DNA of 63,125 bases, counting the filler, from Reclinomonas americana ATCC 50394 (taxonomy: Eukaryota): the NCBI GenBank assembly GCA_048213135.1. It is 9 parts of 9 records of this genome, joined end to end, with 100 filler letters (N's around TTAATTAATTAA, not from the genome) between each part and the next. Parts side by side here need not be neighbours in the genome. Positions count along the whole stretch, not along the records: positions 23,622 to 28,584 come from AFZH01019802.1; positions 28,685 to 36,239 come from AFZH01019805.1; positions 36,340 to 41,580 come from AFZH01019807.1; positions 41,681 to 50,285 come from AFZH01019809.1; 5 more parts are not named here. One strand, written 5' to 3'. The notes under the pieces were generated by a model. The model worked only from the letters and a program-made list of their open reading frames with translations, was not told the DNA's origin and did not search any database. Every line of letters starts with the position of its first letter. The stretch's first letter is position 1. A program made the translations under genes and the position numbers. Of the stretch, positions 26,363 through 43,312 are shown piece by piece.

Positions 26363-27920
26363 CGCTTGAGCATCAGCTCCGCCAGGGGCACGGGCGCTGA
26401 AGAGGACAAGGCAGAGGCGAGGGAGCCCATCGGTGTTGCAGCGCAGGTGGTGGTGGCGGAGGAGGGGGAGAAGGAGGAGTAGTCAAAGAAGGCAACCAAC
26501 AAGCGCTCGAAACCAGCAGTTCGTTAGCAATTTACAGACAAAATTGCTGTTGGACAACTCCGCAGCGACTGTCTGGAACAGGTTTGCTGAGAATCAGTCG
26601 AGCAACATTTTAAGATTCTTCGCGAGGTGCTGAGTGAGTGGTCCACGGTGGTGGTCGCCGCGTCGTCGTGTTGCGGTAGCGTGGATCCGAACCGCAGCGC
26701 TGCGTGCGCAATCAACGGTTGGATCGTTGAGGAGCCGGAGATAAAGATTGGCTTTAGCCTATTGGTATTCCCGGCGCAGTTATCTCAGAATTGCTTCGAC
26801 GCTGTGAGTACGTGCTGTGTACCATGCAATGTACATGGATACAACTAGTACTCCCCCCTGCCGATTATGGTCACAGCCGTGGCAATGATATTGCCGATGT
26901 CGCCTTGGATCACAGCAACATGTCAACAACTTCACTGCATAATGATCACGATCTGGAGTGAGCACCAGAAACTGAGACCGGAAACGCACCACCGCGACAG
27001 CAGAGCCCATCTGGCCAAACGAACAGGCGGAGTCGTTCCATACCTGTGTGCTTGCTTTGAGAGAGTCCCGCTCATGATCAGCGTGGAATAGGCGCAGACA
27101 ACGCTGGGCACATAGTCGCGCGCGCGCTGCGATCGCGAGTTACAGCTGTTTCGGAATTGATGCACGCGCGTGCCGTCTCAGTATGACAGTTGGTATTGCT
27201 GCAAGGGGAAGTGTGTGCTGCTTTGCATTTCACAATTTGTCCGGAGCGCGTTGCTGTGCGCTTGCGTCGCTCCCTGCAGACCTTACCCACCCTCGTCCCT
27301 TTGCCCACATTTTGCCACATCAACTTCTTTCCATAAATGTGCCCATGAATGTCCTGCAATCACGAATCTTTCATTCTCACCCTCCTGCACCGTTATCCCC
27401 ATCCCTCGTCCACCACCACCTGCACGCTTCGCGGCCTCGCCTGCGGCCCCATCGACTGCGCCCACGACCACAGACAACTGCTGCTGCGCCTCCTCTCCTC
27501 CTCAAAGACCAGGGTTATCAGTGGTTGCCGAACGCGTCTCGCGATCGCACCGCGCTCACGCCTCGCTGCACCAGCCGCCACGCACTCACGCACCCACGCG
27601 CGTCCTTTCACACGCTCTCGCCACTCCGCCAGCGACAACGGCGTGCGATTCCAGCCCGGGGATGCCTGGCGGATATCGATACCGGCGCCGTCGGCTTCGG
27701 CGTCGAGCATTCCCTCGCCGTCGTCGTCCTCCGCGTGTGGCCACATGGGGCGTCGGTGCGTGGGCGACACGTGCACTGTAACTGGCGGTCGCTGTGTGTG
27801 GTGGTGGACGCGGCGTTGAAGTGCCTGCCGCCGTTGCGACCCCGGAGTGTTGCGCATCAAGTCGGCCAAACAAGTCGGCCGTGTGTCCGTCAAGCGTGCT
27901 GTTGTCGAAGCGGAGCCCAT
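25430..27920 (-). pseudogene. Probable decayed spliced gene with several in-frame stops
   Basis: Exon/intron-like structure and protein-like frames run through stops (SVEAILR*LRREYQ*AKANLYLRLLNDP...HLAKNLKMLLD*FSANLFQ; QYQLSY*DGTRVHQF). Contains a polyQ exon at 25939-26502. Looks more AT-rich than the flanks by eye. Confidence 0.5.
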
Positions 27921-28185
27921 GATTGTTGGTTGTGGGGTGTTTGCTTGCTCTCTCCCACACACGTGAAAACAAAACAAACAAATGCTGGCTGTCTATTGCA
28001 GCGAACCTCGCATCTCATTTTCCATCCCCACAAAAGGAAACTAAAACAGACCGTTTGCTGGCGAATCTTTTATTGCAATGCACCGCGGCGGCACCGCGTG
28101 CCTCGCACCTGCTCGTCGCACACGCACGGCTCAACGAGCTTGAATAGGGCAAGGGAGGAAGAAAACACGCAGTCAAGTCAGTCAG

Positions 28186-28584
28186 TCAGTCAGTCAACCG
28201 GCGAGTGGCGAAAAGCGAGGGTTCACCAAGGTATTCCCAGTTGCGGACCATCATCTTCTGCATGCATAGCAACGCCGCCTGCTGCACGTCCTCGTTGGCG
28301 TACGTCAGGAAGCCCATAACCAGCGTCTTAAAACCAATCTCCTCGCTCACTCTGCCATTTCCTCGTCGTCAGGAATTATCACGAACAAACCGAATACAGT
28401 CACACACACACAGCAAAAAGTAGTCACGACACACTGCCTGCCTGTTCACACCACACACACGAAAACGCACCGGCGGCCACGCGGGTGGAAACGAATAAAC
28501 TCGCCGACGTCGCCCAGACCGATGGCCAGGGTCTCTGGGTCGCGCGAGTTGGACAGCAGCTCGTGCAGGTCCTTCATGATGCGG
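28186..28584 (-). CDS. ATP6V1H: V-type ATPase subunit H, 3' end only
   Basis: LLSNSRDPETLAIGLGDVGEFIRFHPRGR...GFKTLVMGFLTYANEDVQQAALLCMQKMMVRNWEYL. Confidence 0.93.
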
Positions 28585-28684
28585 NNNNNNNNNNNNNNNN
28601 NNNNNNNNNNNNNNNNNNNNNNNNNNNNTTAATTAATTAANNNNNNNNNNNNNNNNNNNNNNNNNNNNNNNNNNNNNNNNNNNN
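28585..28684. other. Artificial assembly spacer
   Basis: N44-TTAATTAATTAA-N44. Confidence 0.98.
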
Positions 28685-28755
28685 ACAACAACAAAGAGGA
28701 GGATAACGTACATTGCATGCATTTCTCATGTGGACTCTTGTCTGTGTTGGTGCAG

Positions 28756-31700
28756 GAGCGACGACTGCATGCCGAGTGCACGTTTGATGTGGACGGGCAG
28801 ATTGCGGGTGTGACGCCTGTGCGCTTTCGTGGATACACCAAGGACTGCTTGATTTTGACCTTTTTCGATGCAAAGGTCTCTTCCTCTTTCACACTCGTTG
28901 CTCTGTCCGTTCATTGTTCACTGATGCCGCTGCGATTAGATCTCCATTGTGGAGTTTGATGAGAGCGCGCGTGAGCTGAAGACGCTTGCTCTTGTGTTTC
29001 TCGAGTCGGACTTGTACAAGGTTCATTGCGTGCGATCACTTCGGCTTCACTTCTGCCTCACACTCGATTGTGTGTACCAGGAGGGACGCACAGACTTCCG
29101 CACGCCGCCGCCTTTGCGTCGTGCCAAGGTCGATCCGTCGGGCAAGTTGGCCACGTGGATCATCTACAACACCAAGCTGGTCATCTTGCAGTTCGAGGAC
29201 GTCGATGACTTGCTGGGTGAGAGTTGTGCGTGTGTGGCTGTCGTGCATGTTGTTGTTGTGACAGAGCGTGGGCAGGCTTGGCGGGCATGAAACCTGCGAG
29301 TGGATCGCGAGAGGATCAATGTCCGCTGCAGAACTATTACGTGGTGGATCTGCCGACGCAACTGGGCGTGAGGGTGCGTTGTGGATGCGGTGTTTTTTTC
29401 CATTGCTTGCGACTGTGTTGACGAGTTGGGTTGCAGAACGTAATTGACATGACGTTCTTGCACGGCTACGTAAAACCGACACTGCTCATGCTGTTCGAGC
29501 CGAGGCCGACGACCACCGGGTACGTTCTTGTGGAGGAGATACGCTGCGCGCGTTTCATGTCTTCCTCTAACGCTTTCTCGTTCCGTGCTTGTCGCCTTAC
29601 TCTTGGGCTTCTCGCGCGTCGTCTCACTCGGTGCTTCTCGCTCGTCACCTCACTCCCTGCTTCACGCTCGTCGCCTCTCATGCGCTTCTCGCTCGTCGCC
29701 TCACTCCATGCTTCTCGCTCCTCGCCTCTCGCTCCGTGCTTCTCGGTTGTCGTCTCACTCCATGCTTCTCGCGCGTCGCCCCACTCCGTGCTTCTCGTTT
29801 GTCGCCTCTCACTCCGTGCTTCTCGTTTGTCGCCTCTCACTCCGTGCTTCTCGCTCGTCGCCTCACATACGCTTCTCGCTCGTCGCCTCACTCCATGCTT
29901 CTCGCGCGTCGTCTCACACTCCCTGCTTCTCGGTTGTCGTCTCACTCTGTGCTTCTTGCTGTTCGCCTCCCTCTGCGCTTCTCGCTCGTCGCCTCATTCC
30001 CTGCTTCTCGCTTCTCGCTTCTCGCTCCGAGCTTCTCGCTCGTCGCCTCATTCCCTGCTTCTTGCTCGTCGTCTGACTCCGTGCTTTTCGCTTGTTGCCT
30101 TACTGTGCTTCTTGCTGTTCGCCTGTCACCCCTGCTTCTCATTCGTCGCCTCTCACTCCGTGCTTCTCGTTCATCGCCTCACTCCATACCCTTTCCCCTT
30201 CACTGTCATCTCATTCCGTACTTCCCACAGCCGACTGCCCGCCCGCAAAGACCCCATGGTTGTGGCGTGCGCGTACTCCATCGGCATTCCCGAAATGCAT
30301 TTCCCCGAGTTGTGGGCCGTACAATATCTGCCCTACAACTCGTTCCTCGTGCATCCCGGACCAGTGCCTGCAGGTGCACAGCGCGCTCTCCCTCTCTCTC
30401 ACTCTCACTCGCATTGTCCCTGATAATATTGTTGTGCGCAGATGGAGCGATCGTGTATTCCTCAAACGCAGTATTCTACATCAATCAGGCCACTGCCGTG
30501 TGTGCCACCACCAATGACTTTGCGTTGGACACGGTGGCCGAGTTCCACGAACCGAGTTGCGATGCTCGGTGATGTGATATAGTCCTCACATCTCTGTGTC
30601 TCATGGAACGCGTCACGACAGAGCGCTCGAAGCACGACTTCCTGCTGGCCAATTGTTCCACCTGCCAGATCTCGTCGCGTCAGTACCTCCTCTCGTTGTA
30701 CAATGGCGATCTGTTGCGTCAGCGCGCGCTTGTGCTCGTTCTTCATGCCATCTCACATCGCCTCGCCGATGCACAGGGTGCTCATGCATCTCGACGCGGA
30801 CGCACGTGGAGTGCACAACTTTGAGTTTCAGCGCGTCGGTACCAGCGTTCTCTCTTCGTCGGTTTGCGACTTTCACCGACATGATTCCACGCTCTGTATC
30901 CCTCGCTCATTTTCACCACTTTTTAGTTGTCCCGATTCGGTCTGCGTCACGTGTTTGTCGGATCGGCACTCGGCGACCCCGTGCTCTTGGAGTTCAACGC
31001 CATTGGCGGTCTGTACTCCCCTTGCATGTATGCGCTGCCTGTATAGAGACAGCTGATTGACGGGCATTGCAGGTGAGAATGAAATGAGCGACGAAGCAAA
31101 GAGACATCAGCACGCGACACGATCGAGTACCGTGGACGAGGAGCTGGAGGACATTTTCGGCACCTCCGAAGCGTCGTCTTCATCTCTCGTTCTCGGTGCA
31201 GGCAAGCGATCAGCAGCGACTGCTGTTGCGTCTCTTGATTCACAGACATTGCATTGCATGTGTTTGCGTGCCTTCTGACTGCTGTTGTGTGCGCGTTGCA
31301 GGCTGCGACCGCGGACGGGCCGTTGCAGAAGCGCGCACGCGCGAGCAGTTGCGTTCCACGACCGCCGCTGTCAAGTGTCGGTAGTCGACCTTCTCACTGC
31401 TTTCCGCACAGATGGTGGTCGCCAAAGAGGATTGGGAATCGCCGTGCAAGAGGATATCGACGACGAGGCAGCATTCCTGTTTGACGAAGCCGGCACTGAA
31501 TTCACACGTGACAAGGTGCACCTCCTTTCATCCTCCCTCGTTTCCCCGCGATGTCGCTCACTCATTCGCCCTCACACACAGCACACGTCCATTATCTTCA
31601 CGCGGCGCGCGGAGGATGAGGTGCCTGGCTCGACTCTCACGGGGCACGTGATGCAGTATGACTGGCGAGTGGTGGACTCGCTGCTGAACATTGGTCCCAT

Positions 31701-34700
31701 TGGTGAGCTGGCGGTGGTGCAGGATCCAAGTGCGCGACACAATGTCGTTGGCGAGGTTCGCGCGGCCTGTGCGTTTTTTTGAAGAGAGAGTGAGCGCTGA
31801 CCGTCGGGCGTCGTGCGCAGCATTTGAGGAGAGAGATTGTCACGTGCAGCGGTTTCGGCAAGAATGGTGCCCTGTGCTCGCTGCGGGTGAGTCTCCATTG
31901 ATCTGCTCTTTTCCCACGTCCCTTTGTCACTCACCCACTCTTGTGCACAGCGGAGCCTGTGTCCAAGCGTGATGACCGAGTTTCCACTCGAATCGTGCGT
32001 TGGCCTGTGGACCATCAAGTGGCGTTCGTCGAGCGGTGCCTACCCGGCGCAGCACACGCATCTCGTCATCTCGACGCGCCACGCCTCGCGAGTGCTGGAG
32101 TGTGGCGAGGACATTCGCGAGCAGAATGCAGTCGTATTCGATCGAGATCACAGTACGCTGGCCGTCGGCACCGCCTGGGATCGCACCGTGGTGCTGCAGA
32201 TCACCAACAGGTCGCTGCGCCTGCAGTCACAAGGTTTTTCGTGCCTATCAGATAGAAGCGGGCTCTTGTTCCGTCAAGTGACACGTGCTCGCAGATGAAA
32301 TCATTGACGAAGTGGTCATTCCGGAGGGTGTGCACACGGCGGCCGTCTACGACATGTATGTGGCCATGATTCTCTCCACTGGATCTCTGCAGATGTACAT
32401 GGCGAACAGCACGTCGCACAGTCTGCAGCGCATCACTGGCGGCGCGTCCATGTTGTTGGTTTGTGTTTGCTCTCCATGCCATGCTGATGGCTGCTCTTCC
32501 ATTGTACTCACCCGCCCGGCACAGGCCAACTCGCGGTGCACGGCCGTCAGTCTGTTCTCGTCTGAACGAGGTGCGGGGTTTGCGTGTTTTGTTTCCTGGT
32601 TTCTGCTTTCATGAACTGAGTCGATTCAATGTCCCCCCCACGTCAGATGGCCGAACGCAAACAGTGCCAGTGCAGTTTTGCGCCGTGACCTTCGCTTCGG
32701 GTGCCCTGGAGGTGCTTGCGTGTATTGTTGATCTTGTGCGTGTGTGTTGCGCGCTTCTCACTCCCGACTTGCCAGATTTATGCGATTCCCGAATGCCGGT
32801 GTGTGTTCCGCGCCGCCACGTTTGCGAGTGGCAGCCCGACGTTGGATTCGTCGGCAGACGATGCGACCGCTGCGCCGCTGCATCGGAGAGCCGTTGTCTA
32901 TCCCTACGTGCACCAGTGCAGTGCCTTTTACTGCGGTCGCTCGCTGTACATGATGGTTTGCTTGTCGCCACGCACACAATAATTGTCATCTCGCATCTCT
33001 CTCTCACTCTCTCTTTTGCGCCCAGGGTTTGCTGTCGGACGGCGACTTGCTGGTCTACAAGGCATTCCTGCCTCCCATCCGGGAGCTGGTCACGGAGACG
33101 GCCGATGTGCGCCTGGGGCACACACGATTCGTGCGGCGTACCGTGCCGTTTATGACTCGCTACGAGGTCTTCCAGCAACAACAGCAGCCCATGCCGGCGG
33201 GCGCATCTTCTGCCGCAGCGGCAGCGGCGGCAGCAGCAGCAGGAGCCTCTTCTGCACGAGGCAGTTACTTGACTGCGGACATGTTCCGGCTGGATGTCGA
33301 TGAAGAGGACATGGGAGACGAGGAAGAGGGCATGCCTGTTGACGGTACGCAGGCGATACAGAGGAGAGTAGGAGGAGAAAAATCAAGCTCACCTTTATGC
33401 TGATGCAGCTCCAGTACGACCCATTTTCTCGCCGTCCGTGTCGCCAATGCCGCATGCTGTTGTGCCATTCAACGGACTCAGCGGCGGTCACTCTGGCGCA
33501 TTTGTGTGCGGTCCGCTGTCCGTGTGGGTGCGTTGTTGTGGTCGGCTGCAACCTGCATTGAGCTTCTGTTGTTGATCAGTGTCGTGTCGTCCCAGGCGTT
33601 TTACGATCGCGGTCTCATGCGCTTCCACCCCATGGACTCGCGTGCTGTGTCGGCGTTTGCTGCGTTGGACACGGCCGTGTGCGAGTCCGGTTTCGTGTAC
33701 TGGTCACAGGCCGATGTTGCGTGTTTGTGTTTGTTGCTAATGATCGATGGTCGTGCCTGACGGTGTGGTGGTGCAGAGCCTGTTGCGTATTGCCCAATTG
33801 CCATCCGATGGCACCACGGTGTTGTCGTACTGGCCAACTAGAAAAGTCAACATTCGCGCGACGCCACGCAAGATTGTCTACCATCCACCGTTGCGCTTTG
33901 TGGCATCTTGTGCTTGATGGTGATGGATGGCGGTGACTCACCAGCGTGACACACAGTCGCAATGCGTTTGTGGTGGCCATGGCCAATCAGGTCCCCAGAA
34001 AACGACCTCAAGAGAATGGTGGTCTACCGCAGAAAGAGGATGGTACGTGCGCGCAGCAGCAGTTGTTTTTTTTTATTCTCGCAGCAGTCGCTCACATGCT
34101 TGGGCACAGAACCGCGATCGCGCAAGCCGCCAACTGGTCGCTTGCCCACGCCCATGGACAACGAGTACTCGTTGACCGTTTTCAATCACGATCTGGTGGA
34201 AATGGATCGGTGAGCGCGTGGAGAGCAAGGTGATGGAAGAAGAGTGACTCTTATACGTTGTTGCAGTGTGCCACTAGAGGAGGAGGAGGAAATCACGGCG
34301 CTAAAGGTTTGCCTGCTGCGCGGTGATCCGGCTGTATTCGGCATGCGTGTCACGCATCTGCCGTACATTGTCATGGGCACGACGACACGCCTTGGCGAGG
34401 ACTTTACTTGCAAGGGCCGAGTTGCGTCGACTGCAATGCAGAGCATCGATGTCCATGGGCTCGTATTCCTGACAAACACCCGTACCGACACATGCAGTTG
34501 TCTGTGTATGACATTTTCGAAGACACAAACACGACGTTGGAGGACGAGTCGCACCCGATCAAGCTGAAGCTGGTGGCGGAGAAGCGTGGCTTCTCCGGTG
34601 CGATCAGTGCCGTATGTCAGATCGACGGGTACATTTTCCATGCCGTCGGTCAAAAGGTTCGATTGTATGAGGGGGCAGTGAGAGTGTGCAGAGCGCTGAC

Positions 34701-36058
34701 GCATGTGCGTCGACAGACATTTGTGCACGCCCTCGACTGGGACGAAAAGAAACTGGTGCCAGTGGCCTTCTTTGACGGCCAAACCTACGTCTCCACCGCC
34801 TGCTCCATCAAGAACTACGTGGTGTGGGGAGACATGCTAAAGAGTGTGTGGATGCTGCGGTGGAAGGTCTGTCTTTGTGTCTGCCGGTAAAGAGATGTTG
34901 ATGATGTTGATTTTTTCACTCACCGACATGCACACACACGACAGGAAATGCCGCAAGAGGGCGACATCATCTCACGAACACTGACGCTGATGGGCCGCGA
35001 TCTCACTCGCTTGCACGTCATGACCACCGAGTTTGTCATGTGCGGCGAGCAGCTCGGTGTGCTGGTCGGCGACCTCTCGCACAATGTGCAAGTTTTCCAG
35101 TTCCTCCCGCATCGTTGCGTTTTTTTCTTTTTGGAGGGAGTTTTGGTGCACGGCGCGTGACGCACGACTGGTGCACAGATGTGGCGAGTTACAATGGTCG
35201 TCGATTGATTTGCGTGGCGGATTTCCACGTCGGCAGTCTCGTGACGTGCGTGGAGCGAGTGCAGGTGGATCCAGTGACACCGCGGTTGGGGGTGGTGGCA
35301 GGTGGGTGGGGGAGGAAGGAGGGGAGAGAGGGGAAAGGGAGGGAGGGAAAGGGAAGAAGGGGGAAGGGGAGAGGAAGGGAGGGGGAGGGAAGGGATGGAG
35401 CGAAAGGGAGGGTAGTAAGGGAAGAGAGAGAAAAGGGGAAGGGGGAAGGGAGGGGTGGGAAGGAAATTAAGTGGGATTGAGTGCGAGAAAGAGACATAGG
35501 GAAGAGGCACAAACGAACTTGCACACACACAGGAAAAGCAGGAGGGACGGTCAGTGACTGAGTGCGAGTAAGATACTCAAGAAAGAGGCACACACACACA
35601 CACACGCACACATACACACAAACACAGAGGGAGCAGGGGAGAGAGAGAGAGCAGGCCGAGAGGGTCGCCAGAATGGTGTGGGAAAGAGGATGATAGACAC
35701 GTTGAGGGTGATTGTTGCTTGTGCGACACTGTCGCACTGGAGGCAGGGAACGAACAGGGAGACGAGTGCACAGTGGATTAGCGAGAAAGAGAGAAGCAGG
35801 GCAGATGAAGAGAGGCAGTAAAGTGACAACGCTCGTAGTCACCGCGATATCTCGACGGCTCTCTTTCTCCTTCTCCGACTCCCTCCCTCCCTCTCTGCAC
35901 GACTCCGCTCACACCCCTTCCATCGCAGGCACAAACCGCGGCGCCATCTCTGTCCTCGTACCCGTACGCTCCGGCACCCACCGGCGACTGACGCAGTTGC
36001 AGACACGCATGACTGTCACCCTCCCACACAGCGCCGGCCTCAATCCCAAAGCCTACCG
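28756..36058 (+). CDS. CPSF1: Cleavage and polyadenylation specificity factor subunit 1 (CPSF160), partial at both ends
   Basis: DCLILTFFDAKISIVEFD, NVIDMTFLHGYVKPTLLMLFEP, DSLLNIGPI, TCSGFGKNGAL, GEDFTCKGR, LVPVAFFDGQTYV..IKNYVVWGDMLKSV, RRLTQLQ..LPHSAGLNPKAYR. Confidence 0.96.
29587..30190. repeat. Intronic minisatellite, ~26-nt unit GCTTCTCGCTCGTCGCCTCACTCCGT, roughly 20+ degenerate copies
   Basis: Direct tandem copies without unique spacers inside the CPSF1 intron (about 29520-30230). Confidence 0.92.
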
Positions 36059-36199
36059 GTACGTGTGTATCCTCTCTCTCCCCCTCCCTATTCTTGTTCT
36101 TGTTCTTCTCCTTCTTCTCCTTCTCTCTTTTCTTGTTCTTGCTCTGGTCTTCTTCCTATTACTCTTCGTCTTCTTGCTCTCCTCCTCCTCCTCCTCCTC

Positions 36200-36239
<40 letters not shown>

Positions 36240-36339
36240 NNNNNNNNNNNNNNNNNNNNNNNNNNNNNNNNNNNNNNNNNNNNTTAATTAATTAANNNNN
36301 NNNNNNNNNNNNNNNNNNNNNNNNNNNNNNNNNNNNNNN
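36240..36339. other. Artificial assembly spacer (preceded by a CT microsatellite)
   Basis: N44-TTAATTAATTAA-N44. Confidence 0.98.
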
Positions 36340-41580
<5,241 letters not shown>

Positions 41581-41680
41581 NNNNNNNNNNNNNNNNNNNN
41601 NNNNNNNNNNNNNNNNNNNNNNNNTTAATTAATTAANNNNNNNNNNNNNNNNNNNNNNNNNNNNNNNNNNNNNNNNNNNN
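41581..41680. other. Artificial assembly spacer
   Basis: N44-TTAATTAATTAA-N44. Confidence 0.98.
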
Positions 41681-42288
41681 GACCACGGCTCCGGTTCTGC
41701 AGCCACGACTTTGGCAAACAAACACCAGTAAGAGAGGCCAGCTATGTACATACCTTCCGGCGCCTCAGCAGGCAACAACGGGCGCAGATAGCCGGGCTTC
41801 ACGTGCGGCTTTGGCGGGTACTTTTCCGGGTGCACTTGCAGATCGCGGAAATACTCGTGCATAAAGTCAATCATGTGATGGCCCTCGCGACGGAACTCCT
41901 CCAGCGGCATGCCGTACTCATTCTCAAAGTCCTCTGTGTGTGCATGCGTGTGAGCAAGTGCGTGTGCAATGAGAGAGAGTGTGCGCGCTCACCTCGGAGC
42001 TCACTGGGAGACACCGAGGCAGCAGCCACGCGCTGTTGTTCCTCTGTGTGCAGGCGATGCACAGTAACGAAGAAGTCACGCACAGAGTGCACCACCCACA
42101 CCTACGCACACACAGTGAGTCAAGCAACTTGTGTGAGTGAGAGTGAGAGGGGTGTGCGTAACTGCGACCGGAGCCGCCAACAAGGCAGCGCCCAGCAGAG
42201 CACCAACAGTGGCCGAGGCGCTCACTGACACCACACGGTGGAACCAGCCATGCTCTTCTTCTGGAGCAGCACCTCCACTCTCCGACAT
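41681..42288 (-). CDS. Group II PLP-dependent aromatic L-amino acid/tyrosine decarboxylase, 5' part
   Basis: MPLEEFRREGHHMIDFMHEYF...VKPGYLRPLLPAEAPE..EPW matches the DDC/TDC N-terminus. Two upstream exons start at ATG 42288. Confidence 0.88.
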
Positions 42289-42339
42289 TGTCAGTCACAC
42301 ACACACACTCTGTCCTCTGCTTTTTGTCACACACACACA

Positions 42340-43302
42340 ATGGCGTCGTCGTCGTCTTCGGGTGCCTCGGGGTCGTCTGGACTGCAACTGGTCTCGTCCA
42401 GTGAGCAGAGCTTGGACGCGCAGGAGAATGCCTTGTTTGCGGAGATCAAAGCCGCACGAGCGCGGAGAGAGTTGCGCACATGAGAGGACTTGCAAGTGAG
42501 CAAGCGTGCCTGATTGTGTGCGTGTGTAGGTTGCAGCCTGCGGCGGAGGTTGTTGACAAGTCGCGGAGTGGGTTTGAGGTGGCCGAGGACACCACGTTGG
42601 ATAGTGATCTGTATGAGGTGTGGCCGCGCGTGTTTCTCAGTGCGATTGGTGGGGCGGAGAATAGGGCGGCGTTGACGGAGAAGCACATTACGCATGGTCT
42701 GTGTGTCTGGTGGCAGATGAAGTATGCGATCGCGATGTTCATGTGAGTGCGTGTGCAGTGTTGGGCGTGGGGAATGGCATGGAGCGGGTGTTTCCGGAGG
42801 GCATCACCGGCGAGTTTGTTGGTTCGCGCACTGCATTTCGTTGGTGTCTGCTCCGGTTGTTTCCTCAACTTCTTTGTCGGCAGATCTGATCGATGCCAAC
42901 TCGTCGGCGGTCGATCTGCGACAGTTGCTGCCGCGTGCGGTGGCGTTCATGGTGCTGGCGCTGCGATCGTCGCCCGAGGCGAATGTGCTGGGTGAGTTGA
43001 CGAGTGAGCGGACTCGAGCTCTGTATGCATTGCTGACGAGTGTGCTATACTACAGTGTACTCGTGGACCGGATGCAGTCGATCGGTGGCTGTCGTGTGTG
43101 CGTATCTCATCTGCGAGCAGGGCATGCCGTTTGCCGAGGCGCTGGATCACATTCGGAGTCTGCGACCTGGTGCCGAGGTGAGACTGGCCACGCGATTCAA
43201 GTTACACACACCCACCGGCATTCATTGACTCTCTCCCTTCATCTGCAGCCCAACTTTGGCTTCTCGCGAGTGCTCGAAAACCTCAAGCCCGGCGAACTAT
43301 GA
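42340..43302 (+). CDS. Dual-specificity phosphatase-fold protein with degenerate active site (pseudophosphatase)
   Basis: EVWPRVFLS, ITHVL, VLVYSWTGCSRSVAVVCAYL, ALDHIRSLRP..PNFGF. The HC of the signature is replaced by YS. Confidence 0.88.
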
Positions 43303-43312
43303 AATGAACGTC

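Noticed and set aside
25430..27920. Alternative genetic code (TAA/TAG = Gln)
   Set aside because: Long exons of conserved genes show no in-frame TAA/TAG, polyQ tracts use CAA/CAG, and genes end in TAG (2722, 23756) and TAA (14770). The stops are confined to this locus and include TGA.
29587..30190. CRISPR-like array
   Set aside because: The units are contiguous and degenerate with no unique spacers, there are no cas genes, and it lies inside a spliceosomal intron.
35285..35480. Purine-rich GGGA tract as a functional G-quadruplex element
   Set aside because: Similar AG/CT low-complexity tracts fill several long introns, and nothing distinguishes this one from simple-sequence expansion.
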